Shown: positions 1 through 10,832 of the stretch, one piece after another
Layout of the letters: the number at the start of each line of letters is the position of its first letter
Position numbering within the stretch: the first letter of the stretch is position 1
From: Vicugna vicugna
Lineage: Eukaryota
Assembly (NCBI GenBank): GCA_013265495.1
Contig: MU058781.1
Location: 5,831,050-5,858,544, forward strand
Length of the DNA: 27,495 bases
Reading direction: 5' to 3'
Program-made: the position numbers and the translations under genes
The notes under the pieces: model-generated
Database searches by the model: none
What the model was told of the DNA's origin: nothing
What the model saw: the letters and a program-made list of their open reading frames with translations, nothing else

Positions 1-2935
1 GAGCACGCCTTTTCAGCACAGGGACTCACGGGACGTTAACAAAACTAATCACATATCAGAACATCAAGGAAACGTTTACTATGTCTCGATACTCTGTGAC
101 CACAAGGCAGTAAAACCAGCATAATAAACGAAAGCATAAAGAATTCAAATAAACTTGTACATTTTTAAAATGTTCCTCTAAAGAGGCTTAGAGTCTGAGG
201 GACAATTATGCAATTGCAGATTGAGATAACACAACGAGAACATGATGTATCAGAGTGCAGGCAACCGATGCTCAGAGGCCAAGACCTGAAATAGTTTCAT
301 CATTAAGCAAAACTCAAAATAAAAGAACCCTCAACCCAAGAAATTAGAAAAGTGAAATTAATCTAGGGGAAAAAAGCAAAATGGAGATAAAACACACAAA
401 AAATAATAACAGAAACAAGTTCACAATTTTAAATAGAAAAGATTTCAAAAGGTGGTCCTTAAAAATACCCAAAAGTAAAATGGACATACTGCCAGCTAAA
501 CTAATGCTCCAAAGAAAGAAAAATTCAATCAAATTATAAAGGAGAAGTAGGATAAAAACAAAAATATTGATGATATTTTTTAAGAAGATATAATGTTTGA
601 CTCTGCATTAGTAATATTTTAAATATAGACAGCAGATTTTCTAGAGAAATTAAAATCTTTAATATTAACTTTAAAAGTAAAAAATCTTGATCAGTAAAGT
701 CACTGTGGAAAAAAATTGTAGGTGGGAGGGGAGGTGGGTTTTCATTAAAAAAAAAAAAAAGACTTGCATCAAATAATTTGGAAGACAGGTAATTTCAAAG
801 TTTCCAGGAATGGACGTGACACATAAATTACATTATGTAATTCATAGCACTGCCAGTTCAACAGGAAAAAAGTATCATTATTAAAGACGTTGAAAGACAT
901 TTTATAAAAAATTCTATGGGAAGTGGTACCGGAAATTTGAATAGAATACTACTTACTGGCCAAAATAAAAGATACTTGCCACAAACCGATAGCCAACATC
1001 ATATTAGAAGTTAAAAACAAGAGTCCATAATTAAACTCAGGAAGTCAAGTATACTTGCTCTACCGTTATTATTCAACATGGTGTTGGGATGTTCCAGAAG
1101 AAACGAAAGCTAAAAAACATTAAAGTGTAGGAGAGAGTATTTTCAGCATTAGAAATGCTATTATTGACTAAATGGAAGACTAGGGGAATTTGATGAAAGA
1201 TTACTAGAACACAGCAAGGTCGATAAGATGGCCAGTTATTAGAAGCTAGATATGTGTACACACACACACACACACACACACAAACATATATATATATTTT
1301 TTTTTCAAGAAACCAGCAGTAAGCAAAAAATATAAGGGAAATAAAGATCAAATGCACAATTATAACCAACACTGTAAAAATTCTAAGGAAAACTTAACAG
1401 AAACTCAAATCCTATGAAACAGGAATGTAAATTAAAGGACAATAAAAGTCTTGAATAAGACTACATACATGAATCAGAAGTTGCAAGAGTGAAAAGACTG
1501 AATTCTCCCCATATTAATATGTAATCTATTTATTTTGGAAAACATGTTTTAAAATCTGACCAAATTAATCTTACATTCACATGGAATAAATGAATAGGCT
1601 GAAAATAGCTGAGAAATTTGGGAGGGGAAATTAAATGGAAGAATCTAAGATTGCTTCTATTAAAAACTCCTAAACCTGCAGAACCACAACTAACGTGCCA
1701 AAACACAAAGGTCAAGAGAACAGAATGCAAAGCTCAGAAATACACTCAAGTTTATAAAAATACTTAGTACAGGATAAAGGTGGCAGCTCCTATCAGTGGG
1801 GAAAAGAGTATGAAATAAATGGCATGAGATGAACTGATAAACTATTTGGCAAAAGTTCGTTTGATTCTCATGCCTGAGATCACACATCAAGATACACTCT
1901 AAATATAAACTATGGGGTAGTAAAAGACTAGACGAAATTATAGGTGAATATTTATCTGAGCCTAGTGAATTTCTAAGTATAAAAGCCAAAAAAGATCATT
2001 AATATAGTTCGACTACACAAACATTTTGAATATTTGTAAATCAAAATCACCATAAATAAAATTCAAAGGAAAATATCAAAGTGAGAAAACAACTGTAACT
2101 CTTTATCATTGACAGAGTTAATATCTTTAATATGAAATGTATAGATATATAATGAGTTAAAAATATGTCCTAATGCAAAAATAGTTACATAGTCAATTTA
2201 AAAATTTTAAATTTAAAAAAATTTTGAATTTAAAAGCACAATTTAAAAAGTAATATAAAAAAATAGAAAACATAAGGAAAAATGCCCAACCTCATTCAAA
2301 ACCAAACCAAAATAAGAAGCAAATTAAAACACGATGTAATTTGTTACTTTATCAAATCGGCAAGGTTTTTCTTTGTTCCTGTTTTTCAATTATAGTATTT
2401 AGTGTTGTCCAAGAATGCAGACATATGGACATTCTTTTTCATGGTTGCTGAATGCTAAAATATAGTACTTTAACAATATATGTCAAAAATCTTAAAAAGG
2501 CTCTTAATCTTTGAGCCAGTGGTTCTAGTTCTAGAAATGAATCCTACGGAAACAACTGGTAATGTCCAAAAAAGGTCCACGTTCGACAAAATCCAGCACA
2601 GCGTTACTAACAATAGCAAAAAATCTGGAGAATTAAATGTTGGACACATTAGAGTATTCATGTAAATTATAGTATCTATAAGAGATGTGAAACTTACATA
2701 AGCAATAAAATCATGTGAAGAGGAATTGAAAATGTCATGGCAACACGTTCATAATATATGAACCAGTGATAAAGGCAGCTCACAAACAGGATAATCAGAG
2801 TGATGCCTTCGTTTAAAAATGGGTGAGTCTAGAAACACTAAAGATGTCTGTGGTTATCTTAGGGGTGATTTGCCCTTGATTCTTTCCTGTATGTCCGGTT
2901 TTCCTAAGTGAATATACATCACTTCTGTGATCACG
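1..2935 (+). mobile_element. Ancient, heavily decayed LINE-1 (L1M/L1ME-like), ORF2 remnant through 3' end
   Basis: A-rich tract with colinear L1 ORF2 remnants: endonuclease-region 'ctctgtgaccacaaggcagtaaaacc' (~92), 'agccaacatcatatta' (~991), RT-region 'aaactcaggaagtcaag...ttattattcaacatggtgttgg' (~1033-1088; cf. RQGCPLSPLLFNIVL codons), 'aattctccccatattaat' (~1501), 'cacagcgttactaacaatagcaaaaaatctgg' (~2597). No long ORF remains. Confidence 0.8.
1258..1297. repeat. (CA)~12 followed by (TA)~6 compound microsatellite inside the old L1
   Basis: Directly visible: acacacac...caaacatatatatatat. Confidence 0.97.
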
Positions 2936-2944
2936 GGAACAAGA

Positions 2945-3180
2945 GATGGAGCAGGTTCTGGAGTCAGACTGCTTAGACTCAAATCCTAGCTGTCAGTTTA
3001 AGCTCTGCAGCCCCAGGCAAACTGCTTATCCTCTCTGAGCCTCAACGTTCTCACCTCTTCAATGGGACTAATAACATAACCACCTTGTCGGGTTGCTGTG
3101 ACAATCAACTTTTACAGTGTACACAAAGCACTGAGTCCAGGATCCGGAATATACAAAGTGCTTGATAAACATTAGTACTA
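2945..3180 (+). mobile_element. MIR SINE, near full length
   Basis: 'tctggagtcagactgcttagactcaaatcctagct', core 'ggcaaactgcttatcctctctgagcctcaacgttctcacctc..aatggg', tail 'aagtgcttgataaacattagtacta'. Confidence 0.88.
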
Positions 3181-3329
3181 TTTTGATTTTAAAACAACAA
3201 TTACACACACACCCCAAAAGACTTTTGTTAAAGAAGAAACTTTGAATTTATTCCTATGCCAGAGGAAAAGGAGAAGTCTTCAAAGGTCATACAGTCCCCA
3301 AAATGTTAAATATTCATATTTACTCCCCT

Positions 3330-3424
3330 TTCCCCTTCTCTCTGTCCCTGTCTGTCTCTCTCTTTCTCTGTCTGCCTCCTCTCTCTCTCTCTCTCTGTCT
3401 CACACACACACACACACACACACA
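3330..3424. repeat. Pyrimidine/(CT)n tract followed by (CA)12 microsatellite
   Basis: (CT)n at ~3379-3396 and (CA)12 at 3401-3424 are directly visible. Confidence 0.97.
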
Positions 3425-4469
3425 GTCACCAAGATTAAGATCCTCATGTCTTAGGATCTGGAGAAGTTTAGTCAACAGCTAATATGTAGCCTTAATGGAG
3501 ATCAGTTGAGCTCTGCCAAGAGTCCACCACGGTCAGCCAGGGTCAAAGAGAGATGGCTCTGGTAAAGAAGGAGATGATCCAGGGGGACAGAGGCTGCTGA
3601 TAATCAACTGGCCAACATGTGATCCAAGGAAAGGCCCTTCCTGTTCCCCAGCATGTATGGCTCTACAGCTGGGACAGCAAAGTGCTAGGGAAGGAGCCCC
3701 AGAAATGGAGTTGGGACCCCCAGGTTCTAGGACCCCCACCACTCCGCTCACCAGCCGTGCATGTCCTCCTCTTGCAGGACCACACGTCCTCCTCACGGAC
3801 TGAACAACAGTGCTCCAGGTCCCCACTAAGATCGGGGGTTCTATTAAAAAGGGTGACAACCTCAGTTTTGAACATTTGTTTTATTTTTAACTTCAAAGCT
3901 GGCTCCTGTATCCCAGAACAAGCCAAAGCAAATTAAAAGAATAAATAAAGCATTTCAGACATCTGTAACGTTTATTTCGCTTTCCCCATCCATGTTACTT
4001 CCGTAAATCTAGCAGGGCAGAAGAGTGACAAATGAGTGCAGATTATAAGGCAGCACATGTTCAGGACAAGGTCATTAGATGCCATCAGAAATGGTCTGAT
4101 GACATATGCATTTAGGAGATAAGGCAGCTCAGTCGATTATCTATAAATCGTTCCACTCAAAGTCTCGTCTGTTGCTCTCCCACGTCCACTGTGGTCTCCG
4201 AGACGGGACAACAGCACTAAACAGGGCATGAGATGTTAGCTGGAGAAGTAAGATGACCAAAAAAAAAAAAAAAAATTGGCTGAATCTGAAATGTAGGGGA
4301 AAGGTTTGCACATGCAAAACAAAAATAGTCCTAAAAAGAGACATATTATTTGTGATAAAGGTGCATTCAAGTGCATTCATCTGAAAAGAAAGGAGGATGC
4401 TCTATGCAAAAAAAAAAAAAAAAGTCACATCAGAATCAGTGACAGATGACAGAAGGCAGAAATGTGGAG

Positions 4470-4640
4470 CAGTTAGAACAGGCTTTGGTGTCAGACACTC
4501 TGGCTTTAAACTTCAGCCGCTGTCACTCACCAGCTGAGTGAATACGGGTAGGAAGTTTACGTTGTCTGAACCTCCATTTCTTGAAATCTGGAGAATGGCA
4601 GTAACAATACCTATCTCAAAGAGTTACTGAAGTGATTCAG
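4470..4640 (+). mobile_element. MIR SINE fragment
   Basis: 'ggctttggtgtcagacactctggctttaaac', 'ctgaacctccatttcttgaaatctggagaatggcagtaacaatacctatctca' match the MIR core. Confidence 0.8.
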
Positions 4641-4975
4641 TCATTCATTCACTCAGTGCATAATCACTGGGCTTCTAAGTGTGCTGAGCTCCGCGCCAAG
4701 TGCTGGAGCTACAAGAGAGAGGCAGGCAGAGCCTCCAATATACAGACTTTACTTCTTCCTTAGGTTTTACTGGAAGAAGAGAGTCGAGCAAATATATGTA
4801 AGGGAAAACTAAACCAGTTAAAGAAATGGAAAGTGATGGGGGTGTTATTTCACTTAAAGTGACATCTGAGCAGACAACCGAATCAAGAGAGAGAGTGAGT
4901 CATCAGGAGGGGGAAGAAATCAAGCAGAGGGACTAGTAAGGCAAAGACCTGGAGGCAGGGACCAGCTTGTATTCA
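4640..4975 (-). mobile_element. LINE-2 3' fragment
   Basis: Begins with (CATT)n tail 'tcattcattcactca', then 'gccaagtgctggg', 'aaagtgacatctgagcagac', 'gcaaagacctggaggcagg', typical of antisense L2. Confidence 0.75.
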
Positions 4976-5589
4976 ACGAGGTATTTGTAAAAAGCTTGTT
5001 ACCTCCGGGCTCAAAAAAGCACGTGTCCCTGATGATGAAGATGGTGGTGGTGGCGGCGGCAGTGACGGTGATCAGAATGATAACCAAACAAGCAGAGCAC
5101 AAAGGATGTGAGAAGCCCTTGTTAACTGAAGTCACAGAGTGACAAAATTAGTATTGAACACAGGAAGTACTGATTAGGATTGGGACTAATTTTCATTTAT
5201 TAAAAATTGCAGCTCTATTTTTAGTTATATCCTTTCCTCTAACTTCATTCAAGAAAAGCTTCTCTCTGAACATTCTATTTCAGCAATGTAACGATTTTTA
5301 AATAAAAATGTTCTTTATGCATGATTTGTTTTCTCCCCAGCCATCTCTCTGATGCTTTTTAGTCTGCTAGTGTAGCATGTATGTGGTATTTGAAAGAGTT
5401 ACTAGGAAGGGTACTTAGAAATTTCATAGGCGTGTAAGTGGCAGAAATAGCTGGTAGCTTTCATTTCCACATAGACCGCTCAGACAGAGGGAAAGAGCTT
5501 TAACACCTGTCTTTCTAGCCTTGTAGCCTTTTCTCACCTGTCTCAGGATGAAATCCTACTCTGCTTGTTTAGTTACGGATATTTTTGAA

Positions 5590-6010
5590 ATTTGACAAAC
5601 TGATTCATTCGTATTGTAAGAATTTTTCTGCAACCTAGTAACATTTTTCTTGGGCTTCACATCACCGTGTCGAGACTGATCTGTATTGCTCTGCCTAGTG
5701 TTAGATCATTCCATTTTCATCGCTGTACTGTATTCTATCATTTGATTATATTACAATTTGCTTATCCATTTTACTTTGATAAACATTTGGGTGGTTGGGA
5801 TTTATTTTTAAACAATTATTAATGTAAGAGAAGGGTGATAAACAGCATATGTGTTGTCCGGTATATGTGTACACAAGGAAGATTTCCTAGGAAAGAAACT
5901 TAAAAGAAAAACTGCCTTGTCATAGGGTATATACGCTCATCTTTACTGGATAATGCTTAAGTGTCTTCCTCAATGTTTGTATCAATTAACACTCCCACCA
6001 CAATTAGATA
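5590..6010 (-). mobile_element. Old LINE-1 (L1ME-like) fragment, antisense
   Basis: 'cattccattttcatcgctgtactgtattctatc', 'caatttgcttatccattttact..gataaacatttgggtggtt', 'tgtatcaattaacactcccaccacaa' match antisense L1 ORF2 end. Confidence 0.78.
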
Positions 6011-6499
6011 AGCATGAAATATATTTTTCTAACTTAGACCAAAATACCCTCTTTGCCATTGGGGATTCCAGATCTCAAATAACTCAAGTATCACTTCTAT
6101 CTATAGCCTCACTCAGTTCAAAATAGGGCCTTTGAACAAACCTGGACTGAAAGAAATTTCAGTTCTGTTGAATTTCTGGCTAACTCATCACAATCAACTT
6201 TGCAAGCAAACAATATCCCCACACAAGAGCAATAATCAATAAGCACACGTTGCTGGCGCCAGGATTCAAAGCAAAGATGTCTCAATTAAAGCAAACATGC
6301 TTAGAAAAATATTTCGGTTATCTGAATTAATCTGAACCAAGCTAAGCATAATCAAGATGCTTGCCCCTAACCTTTTATTAAATAAAGCTGCCTTTATTTC
6401 ATGGCATTTTTATAAATGGACTTGCTAGATTAAAAAAAAGTATGCATTTTTGAGAACTAAGACAAAACTTCCTAAATATATCAATTATGAATATACTTT

Positions 6500-6570
6500 A
6501 CCATAGAATTGTGTACTATAAAGGGATGAATTTATGGTACGTGAATTGTATCTCAATAAAGCTGTTCCTA
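6500..6570 (+). mobile_element. Short L1MB/L1MC-type 3' terminus
   Basis: 'gaatttatggtacgtgaattgtatctcaataaagctgtt', the characteristic L1M terminal motif with AATAAA. Confidence 0.75.
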
Positions 6571-6580
6571 AAAGTATATC

Positions 6581-6895
6581 AGCTAAGCAAAATAAGCCAG
6601 TCGCCAAAGGACAAATACTGTATGATTCCACTTATATGAAGTATCTAATGTAATCAAATTCACAGAAATCATCTTCATAGAGACAGAAAGTAGAAGGGTG
6701 GTTGCCAGGGGCTGGGGGGAGGGAATAGGGAGTTATTGTTGAAAGGGTACAGAGTTTCTGTTCAGCAAAATGAAAGAGTTCTGGAGATGGATGTTGGTGA
6801 TGGTTGCACAACAATGTGGATGTACTTAATGCCGCTGAACTGCACACTCGAACACAGTTAGGATGGTAAATTTTATCTTTGTGTATTTTACCATA
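6581..6895 (+). mobile_element. L1MB-type LINE-1 3' end
   Basis: 'aaataagccag..caaaggacaaatactgtatgattccacttatatgaagtatcta', 'gaaagtagaagggtggttgccagggg', 'gttctggagatggatgttggtgatggttgcacaacaatgtg', 'ttaatgccgctgaactg'. Confidence 0.93.
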
Positions 6896-7484
6896 GAAAT
6901 TTATATAATCTGAGCAGTGGAGGTGGCTGTGTTTTGCTTCAGTATTAGGTCATGTTCAAGCAGATACATAGTTCTTTTTTCATAAAGTCACATTGTGCAT
7001 CAGAGATTGAACGCGGTGCTGCTTTTTTTTATTTTCATAAGCAATACGGAATCTCAGTGCACAAATGCTCCAGCAGCATATACTGTGGGTGAGAAGAAGG
7101 TTTAAAAAAAATCCTGAAAGTCTAAAGTTACTGCTCATATTGCAACCTTGACACAACGACTTTGCAAAAACAAGGGCTTACATTTAACAGAATATGCCAC
7201 AATTCAGAAAATGCTACCACCCTATGCCCAAGGGGACTGAGTCACGCCTGCAGTTCGACTTCAGCTCCTGAATTTTTTGACTTCCTGTATGTTTAAATTC
7301 TCATCACACTGCAGCTTCAACTTCTGTTTCTGCCACCGATCATATAATGCATCTCATCGTTTGACATCATCGCTACCATGAAATACTTGTTTTTGAACAG
7401 CCCTGAGGTTCAGAGGACACTTCTAAAAAATGTTAAACAATAAAAACTGTCAGTGATGACTGGAAATGGAAAAACAGCCCAGCC

Positions 7485-7610
7485 TCCTTTGATGCCATCT
7501 TTCTGCCTGGAACAACCTTCCCACTCCCACTCCCACGTCCATCAAGCGAGCTACATCTCTTCATTCTTCCAGAGTTCACCTTAATTCACTTCTCTGTGAG
7601 TCTATAATGA
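7485..7610 (+). mobile_element. LINE-2 fragment
   Basis: 'tctgcctggaacaaccttccc', 'ctcttcattcttccagagttcaccttaattcacttctctgtgag' resemble the L2 3' region. Confidence 0.5.
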
Positions 7611-7994
7611 AGGCAGCTGTGATTACGGCGGAAGTGGAGAAGAGTTCTGTCTGCCCGCCGCGGGCCAGCAGCGAGTGATCATTTATGTCCATACGTCTAA
7701 AAGGGGTAAACTGCACAGATTACATTTTTAATGTGTATCTGGGTAATAACCTGTATCTGTTTCTTCCATCTTGGCTCTAAGAATCTTGCAGGGTCCCTGA
7801 TGCAGGGATAACTGGCTACTCTCAAGGGGCTGGAGGATTTAGGATAGCCTACCTGTCACTTACAAGGCACTGAGTCAAATAGATAAGTGTGTGACTCACG
7901 ATGTTCCTGCTCAGAAGCCCACAATCTTTCTGGAGAGGCAGGGCATGTATCACATGCAGAAAGCTAGTAAGAGTAGGCAATTTTTCAGTCCACA

Positions 7995-8110
7995 CACATT
8001 GATTCAGCAAATATTTACTGAAGACCTACTAAATGCCAGGCACCACGCCAGCCATCCGGGATAAAAATATAGCTAAGACATGGGCCCAGGAGAGAGACAG
8101 ATGGGGTTCA
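7995..8110 (-). mobile_element. LINE-2 3' end
   Basis: 'cattgattcagcaaatatttactgaagacctactaaatgccaggcacc..gggataaaaatatagctaagacatgg', the canonical antisense L2 terminus. Confidence 0.82.
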
Positions 8111-8285
8111 GTGTAGAACCGTTTTACCGTGGAGCCATCAGAACACTACTAGAGGGTAAAAATAGCAGCCTTCCCCTCTCCAAAAAATGCAGTGAGCACA
8201 CATAAGTGATACAGTTACTGAGTGAGCATTCTGGCCATGAAAGCATATATTTGGGATGAACGCAGTGGTATCTTCTGATGCTTGC

Positions 8286-9249
8286 TTTTTTTTTTTTTTG
8301 CAATTTTGTTTTTTTCACTTTTTTAAGTTGAAGTATAGTCAGTTTACAATGCTGTGTTAATTTCTGGTGTACCGCATAGTGATCCAGTTGTTCATATATA
8401 TATTCCTTTTCGTATTCTTTTCCATTAGAAGCTATTACAAGGTATTGAATATAATTCCCTGTGCTCTACAGAGGGACCTTGTTGTTTATCTATTTTATAT
8501 ATAGTAGCTAGTACCTGCAAATTCCAAATTCCAAATTTATCCCTCCCCCCGCCAACGCCTTTGTCCCCTGGTAACCACAAGTTTATTTTCTATGTCTGTG
8601 ATTCTGTTTTTGTAAAGAAGTTCATTTGTCTCTCTCTCTTTTCTTTTTTTCAAATTCTATGGGGCCAACTGACATCCCTCCAAGTCTAACAACCCCCATT
8701 CTTGGGCTGTCAGATGTCTGCCTGTGATCCCTCAAAAGATAAAGTACATTCTTTACTGGGCGTGTTTGCCCTCACAAACTAACAGCCCCAGGTAATGCCT
8801 AATCTCATAACAGCTCAGGCTGGCTTGTTTCAGCCCACCTTATCAGAGTCATAAAGCCCACAGCCCTTTCCAGACCCTAAACCTCTCACCTTAACTACAG
8901 TGAGAGACTGGTGCACAAGCCAGTCAGGCATCTTGTGACCCCACCTATAAAAGACCTCAACAACTGGCCCTCGGGGCTCACACAGGCACCCCTTGCCTGT
9001 GTGGCCCACTGTTGTCTATGGCAGTGCACACCTAATAAACTCCTTTTCTAGTCCCCGCTTTCATCTCTAGTAAATTCTTGTACCAACTCGCGTAACTGCA
9101 TCATGAACCGACCACCGTGGTGTCCCACAACAGATTTCCTATATAAGTGACATCATATGGTATTTTTTCTTTCTCTGTCTAACTTACTTCACTTAGTATG
9201 ATGATCTCCAGGTCCACCCATATTGCTGCAAAAGGCATTATTTTATTCA
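8286..9249 (-). mobile_element. Younger LINE-1 3' end (artiodactyl/camelid-type), split by an LTR at 8658-9132
   Basis: Poly(T) tail at 8286, 'ttgaagtatagtcagtttacaatg..ttaatttctggtgtac', 'tattgaatataattccctgtgct', 'ccctggtaaccacaagttt'; resumes at 9133 with 'tataagtgacatcatatggtatt...ttacttcacttagtatgatgatctccaggtcc'. Homologous to the reverse complement of ~27030-27445. Confidence 0.93.
8658..9132 (+). mobile_element. Solo ERV LTR (475 bp) nested in L1
   Basis: Cleanly interrupts L1; begins TAtgggg (likely mutated TG) and ends cccacaaCA; TATAAAA at 8946-8952; AATAAA at 9034-9039; imperfect 5-bp TSD aattc (8653-8657) / gattt (9133-9137). Confidence 0.9.
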
Positions 9250-9409
9250 CCTGCATGCCAGACTCACCAAGGCTCCAATAACCATTGAAAGGCAAATGAC
9301 CAGCGGACCCACTGCAAACTCACCCTGGGGGAAGATTTGAATGGAATCTAGAGAGGACACTTCCTCTTTCATAACAGTCTTCACAGATCCCTTTTTTTTT
9401 TTTTTTTTG

Positions 9410-9540
9410 TCTTTTCTGTCTGCCTTCCCTGACAGACTCTAACCTCAGAAAAGGCAGGAAGCAAGTCCTGGTGCAGAGTTTTCCCCAGTGGCTAGCACAA
9501 GGCCTGGTACAGAGTGAGCGATTAAAAACATGTATGGCAT
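9410..9540 (+). mobile_element. LINE-2 3' end
   Basis: 'agactctaacctcagaaaaggcagg', 'ccccagtggctagcacaaggcctggtacagagtgagcgattaaaaacatg'. Confidence 0.75.
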
Positions 9541-9689
9541 TAGCATTTGAAATTACCTGGCTGCGTATTATGGTAAAATTGACATCTGAAAAACCTGTTG
9601 AGATGGTCCTTTAAAGACTGGGTAATGAATAGAATCCATAATCAACCAATTATGAAGTCAATGAATGAATCAAATCCTTTTACAGATAC

Positions 9690-10068
9690 TGTTATGGGCT
9701 AAGTCGTGTCATCCATACAGACCCCGACCCTCCACCCCTTCAACCTCCCACCGCCAAACTGGTGTTGAAGTTCTAACTCCCAGTTCCTCAGAATGTGGCT
9801 GTATTCGGAGGCAGGCCTTTAGAAAGGTAATTAAGGTAAAATGAGGCCATATGGGTGGGGTCCTTATAAGAGGAGATCAGGACACACAGACACAGAGAGA
9901 AAACCATGTGAAGACACGGAGGAGCCAAGGAGAGAGGCCTCAGAAAAAATAACCCCGCTGAAACCTGATCCCAAACTTCCAGCCTCTAGAACCATGAGAA
10001 AACAAATGTCTGTAGCTGAGGCCACCCAGTCTGTGGTGCTCAGCTGCAGCAGCCCTGACAGACGAGGA
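9690..10068 (+). mobile_element. MLT1 (ERVL-MaLR) solo LTR, MLT1B-like
   Basis: 'tgttatgggctaag', 'cctcagaatgtggctgtattcggag', 'gtaattaaggtaaaatgaggcc', 'gtccttataagaggaga', 'ccatgtgaagac', 'cttccagcctctagaaccatgagaaaacaaatgtctgt', 'gccacccagtctgtggt'. Confidence 0.93.
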
Positions 10069-10099
10069 TCCCTGCTAAGGACGGAAAGACAACATAAAG

Positions 10100-10270
10100 T
10101 AGCAGAAAGTGCGTGCTAGACTGGGAATCAGGGGCCCCTCCACCCACTTCAGGGTCCCTTCTGAACTCTTAGGTCAGTTTTTCCTTCTTTAGGTCTCGTT
10201 CCTCCTTTTAAGATAGAGGTTTAGATCACTCGAGCTCCAAGGACCAGGTGACCTAGAACTGTATGATATC
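10100..10270 (+). mobile_element. Degenerate MIR/MIR3-like fragment
   Basis: 'tgctagactgggaatcagg', 'ctttaggtctcgttcctccttttaagatagaggtttagat'. Confidence 0.45.
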
Positions 10271-10298
10271 ATGCAGTGAGCAGGTTACTGACTTTTAG

Positions 10299-10832
10299 TG
10301 AGGTGGGAAGCCCCATGAAGAAAACAGCAGGACCCCCAGGCAGGGCCACTACCCTCCTGCCAGCACCATTCGGCTCCCTGGCCCTGCAGCATTATTTCTC
10401 TTTTTAAACTCTGAAACAGCTTTCTTCTAGAGAAGCAGAACTTACCCCTAAGATTCTATTGGTTCCCTGAGCTAACTCCTGACTGGTCCATTTGTAGTGC
10501 TTCATTTACACAGAGCTCACTCCTGATTGGTCCATTTCCCTCACTCCTGATTGGTCCACTTCTATAAAGCTTGCTCCTAATTAGTCACCTGTGTTATACC
10601 TTATTTGCATATGATGTTACAAAATGTTGCAAAGTCGACACTGGTAACCTATAAAAGCCTGTATAAACCTACAGATGGGGTCCAGAGCTTGCAGTGTTAA
10701 CTCCTCTGGGCCCACTGGCATAATGAACCTGAGCTCTCCAACCCTCTGACTGCTGCTTGGTCTCTCACCCAGATCGAGGTTGCTGTCACAACTGGGCTAT
10801 AACACTGAGCCGTAACACACTTTGCCGCAACA
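10299..10832 (+). mobile_element. Solo ERV1-like LTR (534 bp)
   Basis: TG...CA termini (TGaggtggg...ccgcaaCA); 4-bp TSD ttag (10295-10298) / ctag (10833-10836); tandem U3 repeats 'ctcctgattggtcca'; TATAAAA at 10650-10656; degenerate poly(A) signal AATGAA at 10722-10727. Confidence 0.9.

Noticed and set aside
344..2665. Hydrophobic, membrane-protein-like ORFs on the minus strand
   Set aside because: They are antisense readings of A-rich decayed L1 and a (CA)n tract, which yield F/L/I/V/C-rich peptides by composition
5030..5082. GAT/GGT/GGC triplet-like run giving a TM-like peptide (ORF 4920..5135)
   Set aside because: Short low-complexity tract between repeat relics, with no splice signals or recognisable homology
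9841..10119. 92-aa ORF with ATG start
   Set aside because: Lies almost entirely inside the MLT1 LTR; chance ORF
10475..10588. Repeated ~22-bp units resembling a CRISPR array
   Set aside because: Spacing is irregular (2-22 bp), there are no cas genes, the context is mammalian, and they are LTR U3 enhancer repeats
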